Program-made: the position numbers and the translations under genes | DNA from: Anthoceros angustus | Taxonomy: Eukaryota > Plantae > Anthocerotophyta | Assembly: GCA_010909165.1 (NCBI GenBank) | Contig: MU008167.1 | Coordinates: 992,001 to 1,056,000 of the forward strand | Length of the DNA stretch: 64,000 nt | Direction: 5' to 3' | Notes under the pieces: generated by a model | What the model was told of the DNA's origin: nothing | Databases searched by the model: none | Seen by the model: only the letters and a program-made list of their open reading frames with translations | Shown here: in pieces, positions 24,601-36,500 of the stretch | Layout: each line of letters begins with the position of its first letter | Position numbering within the stretch: the first letter of the stretch is position 1

Positions 24601-25749
24601 TCCTTGTGGTAGGGTTGGAGGAGGCCAGGTTGTCCCACCTAGCCAGCGGTTACCATTCCTGCATGCCCCAGTATGACTACCTTCCCAAGGTAGCAGCAGC
24701 TTTCACAGTGCTTTGGTGACATGGGTGAAGAGCTCCCGAGGAACCGCGGTAGTGAGTCGTGAGCCCTGGCCGATCTCATCCAGTGCCATGGATGTCGATC
24801 CAGGAATTGCATTGGTCCTCGGCATGGATGCGCCGCAATCACCAGCTTCAAACGGCTGGCGTGGACGTCCTGTAATTCCCACAATTGCTTCCCTTGCCAG
24901 ACTTGAGGTATCGTCGGTGTAGCAAGCACCAACTTTCACCTTCTTTGCTCCTCTTCTCCTCTCCGCTCACCTTGTACATCACATATTCTTTGCCCATTAA
25001 TGTGGCACCTATCTAGAAATTCTGCCCTTCAACAGAATATGTTTGGTACTCTTATTAACAGTACCTTAATCACGAGCCACCGATTCGTGGTTGGAATCTT
25101 GGGTGATCCTCTCCTTGCTAGTATTATGGAGGATTGTGGAACCCAAAGCTCTACCCTTGTATATTATTAGCATTCTATTCATTAAGGATATGGCTATATA
25201 TGATTAGGCAAAGCTGCGGGCACGGGAGCGTGAGAGCGGCGGCGGCGGCGGCGGCGGCAGCGGCGGACGTCTTACGCAGCAAAGGCGGGCACGGAATGCG
25301 TGGGCGCGGCCTTCTGACTGGAAGGTCAGAGGGCGGGAAGCGGCGATGGAAGAGCGGCGGTTGTCAGCCGAGCCGCGGCGGGCGTGGAGACCGGGCTGGG
25401 GATGGGTTGGGAGGTCGTCCCGCGGGCCTCAAACACATAGCACGTTGGGGCCGTGCAAGTCCCGGAGCATCTGGGCGTGGAGGTCCGTACACTGCGGAAG
25501 AGGCGTTGGTGCGCCGTCGTGGCCGCCACACCGTTAGAACTACCAATGCCGTGCTCGGAGGAGGCTCCGATCTGACCGGCTCGGTGGTGAAGTGTGGCGC
25601 TCCCGATCCTTCCATCCGAACTTTGCCCACCGTGGCTGTCGTGGACATGACCGCGGGAGCCAGGCGGGCGATGGCGAGCACGGCCATCACCGGCGGGGCG
25701 GGCGGGAGACTCCGGCGTTAGCATGACATCGAATAAGACACAAGGCATG

Positions 25750-28566
25750 GCAGTGCAATGATCGGCACCTTGATCCGAGCTCTTCGTTCAAATTTGAGTG
25801 CATTTTGAGATCACCAGCGCCTTGGCGGTCCGCAATTTGCTAACGGCGAGCAAACCCAAGGCGCGTGCTACCAGACCCGCACCCACCGCTGCGGGTTGTG
25901 AAATCTAGGGAGGAGCATCCGTGCATCTGAGGGGCAAGAGTGGAACAACTCCTAACCGATCTCGTCGCTTGATTGGGGAAGACATGACGGCGGGGCGGCA
26001 AAGCAGTGACGGGCTTGCAACATGGGCGAGATGGGGAAGGCGAGGTAGATGTCACTGCTCGAGAATGAGGGCGACATGCTCCCCGGACATGCAAGAAGTT
26101 TCGAGGAGAAGAGGCGGCGACACACAAGCTCACAGTCGCGGCAGGATGGGCAGGACTCGGCCGAAGGTCCCGTGGGGAACACTTGTGTCAGCGTCGTGCC
26201 GAGCCAGGTTGTTGGACCTTCTTGCCGGAATTGCCAACAGAGGTCATCGGTTTGATCGGGACTCATGGGCATCACAAGATCTATATGATTGGCCGCCCGA
26301 TTGTGTGCGAGGCGGACAAAGGCGGACTTACTTGTCATGTGACGGAGGGGTCATCGGGCGGACAAATTGTCCATGGAGAAGAGGATCCGAGGAATTGGTT
26401 CTTTGCCAAGACTTGTGTTTTTGAAGTGCTGGACAAAGCATGATGCAGCGCTTCGGTCTGAGCTTATGGACGTAGTGGCGGAGGAGTACCCAGCTGTGAC
26501 CAATCGAGAAGTCATCCGAACAAAGTTCTCGAATTGTACCAGGGCGCGGTGCTACAACCACCTGAAAAGAGTGAAGAAAGGGGCCAGAATTCTGCGAACA
26601 TCAGGGAAGAGGGCACCTGTGGCCCGGTTGCGGCCCGACTCTGTGACGCCGGAGGTGTGGTGGGAGGCAATCGAGTGGGGTGTCCAACAGTACGAGTTGG
26701 GCAATGGAAATTGGCCAAGATGTCCACAAATAATGTGGAAGCAAGATTGAGAAGCATGGGACAGCTGGACAAACCCATTTAGGCGGAGGAGCATCCGTGC
26801 ATCTACGAGGCAAGAGTGGAACAACTCCTAACCAGTCACGCTTGATTGGGGAAGACATGACGGCGGGGCGGCAAAGCACGGCAGCGGGCTTGCAACATGG
26901 GCGAGATGGGGAAGACGAGGTAGATGTCACTGCTCGAGAATGAGGACGACATGCTCCCCGGACATGCAAGAAGTTTCGAGGAGGAAAGAGGCGACACACA
27001 AGCTCACAGTGTCGGCAGGATGGGCAGGACTCACCAAGGTCCCGTGGGGAACACTTGTGTCCGCGTCGCCGAGCCGAGTTGTTGGACCTTCTTGCACGGA
27101 ATTGCCAGAGGTCATCAGGCTTGATCAGACTCATGGGCATCACAAGATCTCGCAATTGGCCGCCCGATTGTGTGCGGAGGCGGACAAAGGCGGACTTACT
27201 TGTCATGTGGGAGGGGTCATCAGGCGGACAAATTGTCCATGGAGAAGAGGATCCGAGGAATTGGTTCGTAAGACTTGTGTTTTGAAGTGCTGGACAAAGC
27301 ATGATGCAGGCCTTGATGCAGGCTTGGACGTGGTGGCGGAGGTACCCCAATGTGACCAATCGAGAAGTCATCCGAACAAAGTTCTCGAATTGTACTAGGG
27401 CGCGGTGCTACAACCACCTGAAAAGAGTGAAGAAAGGGGCCGATTGCGAACATCGTGGAAGAGGGCACCGTGGCCCATTCTGTTGACTGTGGCCGGAGGT
27501 GTGGTGGGAGGCAATCGAGTGGGGTGTCCAACACGAGTTGGGCAATGGAAATTGGCCAAGATGTCCACAAATGACGGCCGTGGAAGCAAGATTGAGAAGC
27601 ATGGGACAGCTGGACAAACCCATTTGGGCGGAGCAATGGACTTGATGAAAGGTCACGAGGAGGTATCGGTGGCGGTAGAATGTTGCGGAGATCCAATGGG
27701 CAGCCAAACATGGCATGGACGGCATACTGTGTTTTTCAGCAGCAATGAAGACGGTATGTGACCTCCTTCCCTCCTCCCCCTCTACGGATCAAGGGAACCG
27801 GCTTCTGGTCAGGACATTGCATCGTCATGTTCTTGTTGCCACACTCGGCTTCTCTGTATGCGATCTGACCACTGGAAAAAATGGCTAGCAGGGCAAGCTG
27901 TCGAGGAAAGACATCAGAAATGCGTCACACGAGGTAGGTGCATCGCGTAAACCTAGTGGAGGGCTCCTTTGGTTGTGCTAATGCAATGGGGAGGGTCACG
28001 TGGCCACTCCTAAACCAGGGTAGTTGCATATGGCCGACCGGCACGCTTGTGACGCTCTGTATTTCCTTTGTCCAGGAGAAGGGGAAGCTAACCAGGTCGG
28101 AAATGGAGATGAAGAACATACAGGTAAGTAAATACCCCTGTTCCCGGTAAGTGATTGTGGCTGGCCATGCCCGATAGAACTTGGTGCATACGACAGTCTA
28201 ACTGAGTGCTCTGTGGTGTGTTCGCAGATGCAAACACACCAAAGAGGGGAGGAGGGAAGCGCCGTGTGCAAAGGACCATGTGCAATGCAACCCCAGTGCA
28301 AACGCAAAATCTTGCGGAGGTGGACATTGTGCAGAAACGCAGTTCGCCAAAGAACTCCCACCCGAGAGTCAGCAGCGCCCTCGGATCGAGATGCAGAGGG
28401 GCTTGTAGATGGGTGGGATGGGCCCGAACCCCCTGCGAAACGGAACGTGGGCTGCCCAACGAAGAAACGAAAGGACGCACCCGCACGCAAAGGAGCCACG
28501 AAGAAGAAGAAAGTGCAGGCGTCCTCCGAGGGTGTTTCAGCGTGTAGGTCTAGCATAGATCACTGA
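25750..28566 (+). pseudogene. Second CACTA ORF (TnpA-like position), duplicated and frameshifted
   Basis: Coding-like KCWTKHDAALRSELMDVVAEEYPAVTNREVIRTKFSNCTRARCYNHLKRVKK...VWWEAIEWG in 2-3 copies; Lys-rich tail at ~28430-28520. Assignment is by position only. Confidence 0.45.
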
Positions 28567-29343
28567 TCCGGCTTTTTTTGACTGGCGAACGTTCAAGTGG
28601 GGTGGCTGGATGTGCATGTGGCGGCATCCGATAGGACTACACGGCTAGGGACGACTGTTGGCTCAAAAGATGGACGGATGTGTCGATAGCCTTTTGTTTT
28701 GCCTAAACAACAGAAATAATGGGTAATAATCTGCGGTTTCCCAAAGTGATCATGACACTTTTAGTATATATAAATAGATATTCATTAAACGCATAACGCG
28801 GTTGCCAGCATGGAAATTCCGGCAGGCGACGCCTGCATGCGCTTGACCACGGAGGCCTCACGCTGAATGTGCTTGCTCGATGGGGCCATCAACCGTACGA
28901 CGAACGCATAATATGGAAAGGACAAACGTGCTGCACTTCCGGACACCAATGGGTATCCACGTGGCAAACCCACCTCCCCGTGCGGATAGGATGCCCATGC
29001 CACGGACGCGTCCCCACATTCCTGCGTGCGACGAAGACGACGGCGGCATTGACGAACCCTACCCGCAGGATGTTGCGAACACTGCGAACACTGCGGTTAG
29101 AACTGGAACAGCCGCGACCTGCGGCAAGTGAGAGAGTGGTTGGCAGGGACGGGAATCCCGCCAACAGGAATCGCGAACGGGAAAATTCACTGTCGTGAGA
29201 CACCGTCATTCGGAAATCGAGCACGATATTCTTATGACGAACAAACCACAAATTTCCGGCCGAGTGAGCTTGTCATAAACGAGACACAAATGTCACATCC
29301 TTGTCTTTAATTTCGTCATATTCTGCCTCCTTTTGTAGTAGTG

Positions 29344-30080
29344 AACATGAACAACGACAGAGGCGGATTTGAGACTGTGGAGTACGTTACAGTGGGATGG
29401 GGTATTAAAGGAGGATGTGCGAAGGAAAGGGCTGCCATGATGCCAAATGCGATGCACGGAACTTTCAATTGAAGGTCCATTATTGGACACCCTATTGTCG
29501 TGAAGAAACATGTTTACCTCTCTCATGCAAGTTGGTGGTGTGCCCATACCAGCGACCAATGGGACTCATGATGAAACTGGTAAGGACATTCTTCAAGGAA
29601 GGGGACTGGGTTATTGATGCATGTGCAGGCAGCGGGACTATGACACTAGCTCCGTTATTGTGTGGCCAGAACTGTATTGCAATTGAGGGGGATTTGAGGT
29701 GCGCAGGTTATATTGAACAACGCATACATGGTGTTGATCGTGATGTCCTGCCAGATGCAGAGGAAGAGTTGACTTTTAAGTCGCATCGGAGGAGGCCATC
29801 TCAGTTCTGGGCAAAGGAGGTTTGTATTAGTGAAAAGGACTGCTTAAAAGCCCAAGTTGTTGCATTGAGTGCAAAGAGGTTGAAGATGACAACCGGCGAA
29901 CTTATGGATGATGGCCAGCAGACCTTGGATGCTATTTGACAAGTGACCCTGATAGATGCCGACCCCCAGAATGATATCAATGAAGACGAGCAGGCGTTAG
30001 GGGAGAATGACAGCTTTGACGCGCAGGAGATGGAATGCATGCGCAATTTGGCAATTGTTGTAGATTCAACCTCGATGTAA
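29344..30080 (+). pseudogene. C-terminal half of the beta-class DNA amino-methyltransferase-like gene (SAM-binding motifs)
   Basis: CPYQRPMGLMMKLVRTFFKEGDWVIDACAGSGTMTLAPLLCGQNCIAIEGDLRCAGYIEQRI (from 29541) matches the HPTQKP..L...GDxVLDPFxGSGTT...GRxxIGIE pattern. An acidic tail continues past TGA 29937-29939 to TAA 30080. Confidence 0.85.
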
Positions 30081-30497
30081 GAAATGGTCGACTCGCAGAT
30101 AAGCCCTCATGAGGGACCATTGTAGACTCTGTGTAGCAAATCCTCCCTCAGGAGTTTGAGGAAGTAGATTTTAATCATTGCTTGTATTAGCAGTATGGCT
30201 ACACCTAAATGTTTTTGTTCTCTCCGAACCTTTTAAGTCAAACCGTTTTTCACAACTGTGGGTGTAACAGTATGGCTAGTTTGTTCTGTGCAATGGCGCC
30301 GAGTGGCCGGTGCCATTGCTGGGTCCGTGAGGGGGTTTTCCTTACAAATTCACCCTTTCGCCGAACATTTGTACTAACGAAGGGTGTATTTGTTTTCAAA
30401 ACCAGGCGATTCCTGCACTTTGAGAATGATGCCTTTTCCGTCAAAAGGGTTTTTTTCCAATTGAAGGGGGTTTGTATATTCCCCCTCTTCAAAGTTT

Positions 30498-30736
30498 ATG
30501 GTGTTAAGAGCGTATCTCCACTATGCAAATCTCCATAATGATGCGAATTTGACTATTGCAATCATACAAGGTGTCATACACACCTACGAGGGGCTTCTCC
30601 CTTTAGTATTATATTTGCAACTGGACACCACATGCAGGGAAAATAAGAATCAGCTGCTATTTATGTACCTCAACATGCTAGTGGAACTACAGATATTTAA
30701 GAAGGTTAAGGTGGGGTTTCTGCTCGTGGGACATAC
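30498..30736 (+). pseudogene. DUF7869-like (RNase H-fold, DDE-type transposase-related) fragment
   Basis: HNDANLTIAII...LPLVLYLQLDTTCRENKNQLLFMYLNMLVELQIFKKVKVGFLLVGHT resembles the LYLQLDNCxRENKN...FLxVGHTHEDID family; cut exactly after GHT by an LTR. Confidence 0.7.
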
Positions 30737-31446
30737 TGTGGCGCTACTTTTGCTGACGGCTAGCCGGGCGTGCACCAGTCCTGTGTCGTTGCAATATGGG
30801 GTCCGTTCCCAAGGGAATGACTTGTTTCGTTTGTGCACATTTTCCTACTCGGCACCCTTCGTCGTCGAGGGACAATGGCTTACCCGCGGTCACCCACCCC
30901 TACGCGTCAACCCACACGGACTGCGGTTAATCTACCCTTCACCTATGTCACCCTGCTTACTCACCGTACACGCCCAGGATGGCCAAACGTTTAAGGACCC
31001 GTTCTCGTCCGAAATCTTCCTCTCTTCACTTACCACCCTCACTTCGTTTATCCTACCACTCTCGTTCGCACCCAAGAATCGAAGTTCACGGTCGGGTGTA
31101 TTTAGGTTGCAGACCTCCGTCGCCCACTACAGTGCGTTGCTCTACGCCCTTCTTGGAGTCCGGCTAATCGCGCCCACTCGATTAGCGGCCATGGGACCTT
31201 GCTCCGGAGGAGCAGGGGTCCTGAGTCCTCCACACCTGCACTCACCACCACGTTTAGGGTGCGTCACCAGGACCTGGATCAGTCTCTCCGGAGTAGTCTA
31301 CCCGCTCAGTGACTCGGGACTCGCATTAGCAATAGACACACAAGGGCCTGCAAATGTAACACGACATCAACCCCAAAAGAAAGATCCCTTCACTCGAATG
31401 GCAATCTCCCTCTTATACTACGTATTGAGGGAGTGTCTTTATTACA
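30737..31446 (-). repeat. LTR (~710 bp) of a truncated minus-strand LTR retroelement
   Basis: TG at 30737, CA at 31445-31446; on the minus strand a purine run (AGGGG) precedes TGTAATAAAGAC. No partner LTR found. Confidence 0.6.
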
Positions 31447-32767
31447 CCCCTAATTCAAGCTAATGGCCAGCTCACTATGCCCAAGCAAGTGGATCTCCAC
31501 TTCCCATATTTTCCTACCTACGTCTACGGCGGTGGGGCTGTGGTTGACTACGATTCCCTCCTGGCGCTGGCAGTCCAATCCCCAGCTCTGGCACCTGTGG
31601 AGCACCCAATCCGATGATTCGTGGCCCCCAGAGTCCCGCGAAGGCTCTTCCCCTATCCCTAGTGCAGCCGGCTGCGCCCTGAGGTGGTGTGTGGCTATTA
31701 CCGCTAAATCCTCCTCCTCAGTCACGGCGTACAGGGACCCCACCCTTGGTCCGTCCGAGCCCATTCTTCTGGCACAGTGGTGACTCTCAACCACCCTTAC
31801 CCCCACTCCCAGGGTCCAAACTACTGGGCTCATTCCCCCCTCTTGAGTCCGGACCTCGGGGTCCGTCCTCGCCTCCTGAGTCCAGACCTTGGGGTCCGTC
31901 CTCGCCTCCTAATCCGGACCTCGGGGTCCGTCCTCTCCTCCTGAGTCCGGGATGCTGGACTCGGGTCCTCCACCGGTCTCTGGACGTCAAGTTCGGAGTC
32001 CCTCCCAAGGGTCCGGCTTCCAAGCCCGGACCCACTCTCCCATCGTCCCCCTGCCTCATCTCCTCCAGCGCTATGTCCCTACCCGTTCCTCCTGCGTCCC
32101 TTCCTGCGTCCTCCTCCGGAGCTCTCTCTTCCTCTCTCTACTCCGGAGCTATCTCTCCCCCTTTCGACGTTGGGTGCGATGGACCTTTCTCTGGTCTTGT
32201 TGTCTCCGCTTCCGCCCTCCTCCTCGGCGTTCCTCCTCAGGGCCTCCCGCTCACTCCTAATCCGCGAGCAGGCTCCCAGATTCCCACAATGGTGCGCTCT
32301 CCCCTAGCTAGGCCTTCATCTCTCCAGGCCCCCTTCGACTCCTCTGGCGTGTTAGAGTATGAAACCTAACATAGTTTATAGCTAGTTACATAGTTATTAA
32401 TCCAAGAGACACGTTTCATTTTTGTACTTAAAGAGACATCTCTCTCATTTTATTAATTCAATGCTTTTATTTACAAAGCACGCTTCCGCGTTACTTAGCA
32501 TGGTATCAGAGCACTAGGCTCTTCGATTCATGTTTACATTGATCTAGGCTGCTTTATTAGATTAGATGCTATGCATAAGATGAGATAGAGGTCTCAACGT
32601 AATTCTGTGTGTATTTCTAGATACGCACAGCACTATGGTGAATTATCTATCACATCTCCTGCATAACATCGTCAGTCTAGAATTGGTGGGACTACTCTAA
32701 GAAGAAACACTTCAATGTTTGTCTCACTAAAAGCAGTGAGGATAGTATGTCGGTCTAAAGCAGTATC

Positions 32768-33322
32768 GTGTTCCTTTTGTGGCGAGATGATCCGAAATGC
32801 TCGCTACGCTGGAATCGACGCCTTGACACCTCACCCAGGAGTGTCACTAGACGGAACCCTCAGGTGCCTCCTTCCTCAATTGCAGCTAGGCGGTTGAATC
32901 GGGACGAGCATCGGGATCCGCGCCTCTGCTCCTACCACGCAGCACAGCGCATTAATTCACGGCAAGGATTGGCATTACGACCACAGAGAGAATACCGATC
33001 AGATGCAGATGAGGATCTGATTGTGGATGATTCTTACTCGGCACTTGAAGATCGTCTTCGCGATACACAGGTGTTGCTGTACAGGATGCGATCTGACCTT
33101 GCTCACCAGCTGGAATCGGCAATCTCTCAGATCACTGCCCTTACGGAGAATTTGTGCCTGCAATCAGAGGCCATACGAGTGCAATCAGAAACAACTTACA
33201 GAATTGCAACTTTCCTCAGGATCCCAGATCAAGGACATTCAGCAGTTCTCCCAAATGTTGCGCTCTATGTGCCAGCGCTGACGCCTCCCTCTCGTGAGCG
33301 TTCGGCTTCCGAGGCGGTGTGA
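32768..33322 (+). CDS. Extra ORF between PBS and gag in copia-C (184 aa, coiled-coil-like)
   Basis: Open frame containing LEDRLRDTQVLLYRMRSDLAHQLESAISQITALTENL; start codon uncertain. Confidence 0.45.
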   Translation: MFLLWRDDPKCSLRWNRRLDTSPRSVTRRNPQVPPSSIAARRLNRDEHRDPRLCSYHAAQRINSRQGLALRPQREYRSDADEDLIVDDSYSALEDRLRDTQVLLYRMRSDLAHQLESAISQITALTENLCLQSEAIRVQSETTYRIATFLRIPDQGHSAVLPNVALYVPALTPPSRERSASEAV

Positions 33323-33575
33323 TCAGGTCACGGCGCGGCCTGCAATTGATCGGCGGCAAGGCAAGATTGCTGCCTCCAACTCAATGGCGAGCACGGCGGT
33401 CAGCCAGTGCATCGAGCAGACCTCGGTGTGCCTCTCGGGTGTGATTGGCTCCACCACCACGAACGTATGTCTATTAGCAACGTTTCAAGGTTAGTTGCAT
33501 TGTTTCGTATCTAGCCCTACGTCTTGCTGGTTCGAAACGCCACTTACCAGTGTTCATGTCGTTTCGGCCTTCTTT

Positions 33576-36500
33576 ATGTCGTTCAACTTAAAGTGGCTTT
33601 TTGGAGATTCAGACTCAGAAAGTGATCTAGATGAGGATCCAGCTACAGAGCAGTCTTTTCTCCAGTCCTTGCAGGCACAATTCCCTGCATTCATCCCATC
33701 ACAGCAGTTAGTAGCCCCCATTCCACCCGTCATGGGTACCACAGCTCCTTCCAGCATCTATTCAGGTGAATTCAAAGAGAAAGACCGTTTCGACGGCAAG
33801 CCTGTGAACTACGAAAGCTGGAGAGCTCGAATGAAGGCAAATCTTAATGCTCGGGATGTGTGGGAGTTTGTGGATGGCTCTATTGCCAATCCCCACAAAG
33901 TACCTGCTACAGCACCCACACAACCCACTGCCGATGAGAAGGCGAAGTGGGACAAGGGCAATAAGGTGGCTTTTGCCATCTTGTTGTCTGGTCTTGATTC
34001 CACTACTGTCACAGAGGTCGAATTCCTGGAAACAGCTGCAGACATTTGGAATCAGCTTAAGGACACGTATCAAGTTAAAAACGTCTGTACTCTCATGACA
34101 GTTAGGAGTGATTTTCACTCATTCAGGATACGGGAAGGAGATCCTGTTGGGCCTGGAATCACCAAGCTGCGGCTACTACGAGCTCAATTGTCAGCGCTGG
34201 GAGCCCAGATTAGCGAGGTGGAGATGGTGGCTCAACTTTTACGACTCTTCACGCATCTTACGGACTTTTATTTACAGAATGCGCCCTTTCTGCTGCCTTG
34301 CTTTCGCGGTCGCCAATCAACCGTATGCTCTCAACTTTGAATGCATGGTGGGGCTCTCACAGAGGAGGCCGGTGACACAAGCAGTCGAACACTCGCTCCG
34401 GGCGAAGGTGTTATTGCGGCCGGGGAGCAAGTCGTTTCCGAAGGGAAGGGGGAAAGAGAAGAAGACTTACCAACAGCCATCCGGTGGCTCCAAGTCTTCA
34501 TCTCCCTCCGTCAAACGACAAGGCACCTGCAACTGGTGTCTAATTCCCGGCCACTGGGAGCGGGACCCGGAAAAAGAAGTCTGGTGAACCAAAGAAGGAC
34601 CCTCGTCCGGAGGCACATGTTGCTGCTGCTAAAGACAAGGGATCTACTCCACATAAGAGCAGCTCGACAGTTCTAACAGTCACTGTTTGCTTGTCGTCGT
34701 CTGCTGATTTTTCCACCTCCTGGTTTATAGATTCAGGGGCTACGTCTCATGTGTGTAACAACAAAGACCTGTTTTCCACACTCACCACAGAAGTTCCACC
34801 ACAGTCAGTCTATGTGGGGGATTCTAGAGGCGTTGATGTGCGTGGGGTAGGATCAGTTTCCATTACCTTGGCTAATGATGCTGAAATCCTTCTTGAGGAT
34901 GTCTTGTATGTTCCAGCTATGTCGAAAAATTTGCTGTCAGTACGTGCAGCCACCCAGTCTGGTAAGTATGGGTTTACGTTCGAACAGGGCCATTGCTGTC
35001 TTTATGATCTGTCCAGACCTGGTAGGTGCATAGCAAGAGGTCAGTTAGTTGATGATCTTTATCAACTTAAAAGAACTGCTGATTCAGAAACACTTGTTGC
35101 CTCTACTGTGTCTGAAGCTAATTTGTGGCATGCTAGGCTTGGACATATCAACAAAGAGAAGTTGAATCTAATGTCCTCATTAGATTGCTTCAGGGAAAAA
35201 CTCCCTTCATGTTTTAAGCATCTCCCTGTCTGCCAGTCTTGTGTCTTGTCGAAACAGAAGGAGCTTCCCTTCAAAAATAAGCGAGCAGGAGGGCACGGCG
35301 GTAGAACTTGTCCATGTTGACATAGCGAGGCAAGCTGCAGCTACTCAATTGCTCACTGTATCTGGGAGCCCGATTAGCGAGGTGGAGATGGTGGCTCAAC
35401 TTTTACAGCTCTTCACGCATCTTACCGGACTTTTATTTCCTGCACGGCCCTTTTCTCACAGATATGTCAGCCGCGGCCCAATCAACCGTATGCTCTCAAC
35501 CCGACCTGTGTGGCTCTCACTGCAAGAGGAGGCCGAGACACAAGCCAGTCGAACACTCGCTCAGGCGAGAAGGTGTTGTGCCTGGGAGCAAGTCGTTCAA
35601 GGGAAGGAAGAGAAGAAGACTTACCAACGACCATCCGGTGGCTCCAAGTCTTCATCTCCCTCCACAAAGCGATAAGGCACTGGTGAATCGGTGTTCCCGG
35701 CCACTGGGAGGCGGGAAGTCCGGTGAACCAAAGAAGGACCCTCGTCCGGAGGCACATGTTGCTGCTGCTAAAGACAAGGGATCTACTCCACATAAGAGCA
35801 GCTCGGCAGTTCTAATGATCCTTTGTTGCTTGTCGTGTCACTGATTTTTCCACCTCCGGTTTATAGATTCGGGGGCTACGTCTCATGTGTAACAACAAAG
35901 ACTGCTTTTCACACTCACCATGTGTTCCACCACAGTCGGTCTATGTGGGGATTCTAGAAGCGTTGATGTGCGGTAGGACTGCCCATTACCTTGGCTAATG
36001 ATCTTGAAATCCTTCTTGAGGATGTCTTGTATGTTCCAGCTATGTCGAAAAATTTCTGCCGATGACGATGCAACACCACCGTAAGTATGGGTTTACGTTC
36101 GAACAGGGCCATTGCTGTCTTTATGATCTGTCCAGACCTGGTAGGTGCATAGCAAGAGGTCAGTTAGTTGATGATCTTTATCAACTTAAAGAATCATTCG
36201 TTAAAACACTCCTCATGTGGTCTCAAGCTAATTTGTGGCATGCTAGGCTTGGACATATCAACAAAGAGAAGTTGAATCTAATGTCCTCATTAGATTGCTT
36301 CAGGGAAAAACTCCCTTCATGTTTTAAGCATCTCCCTGTCTGCCAGTCTTGTGTCTTGTCGAAACAGAAGGAGCTTCCCTTCAAAAATAAACAGGCACAG
36401 AGGGCACAGGCAGTATTAGAACTTGTCCATGTTGACATAGCAGGCAAGCTGCAAGTGAAGTCACTAGGTGGGGCTGAATACTATCTCACCTTAACAGACG

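Larger units (their letters stand above)
17806..29343 (+). mobile_element. CACTA (En/Spm) DNA transposon, ~11.5 kb
   Basis: TIRs CACTACTACAAAA (17806) / TTTTGTAGTAGTG (ends 29343); subterminal ATGAC/GTCAT repeats at both ends (GTTTATGACAAGC vs GCTTGTCATAAAC); internal Tnp2-type transposase. Confidence 0.93.

Noticed and set aside
25134-25748. Long overlapping ORFs on both strands
   Set aside because: GC-rich DNA with a GCG microsatellite; stop-poor by composition.
31689-32369. Proline-rich extensin-like ORF
   Set aside because: It is the antisense of a repetitive internal region of an LTR element and runs into the copia-C LTR.
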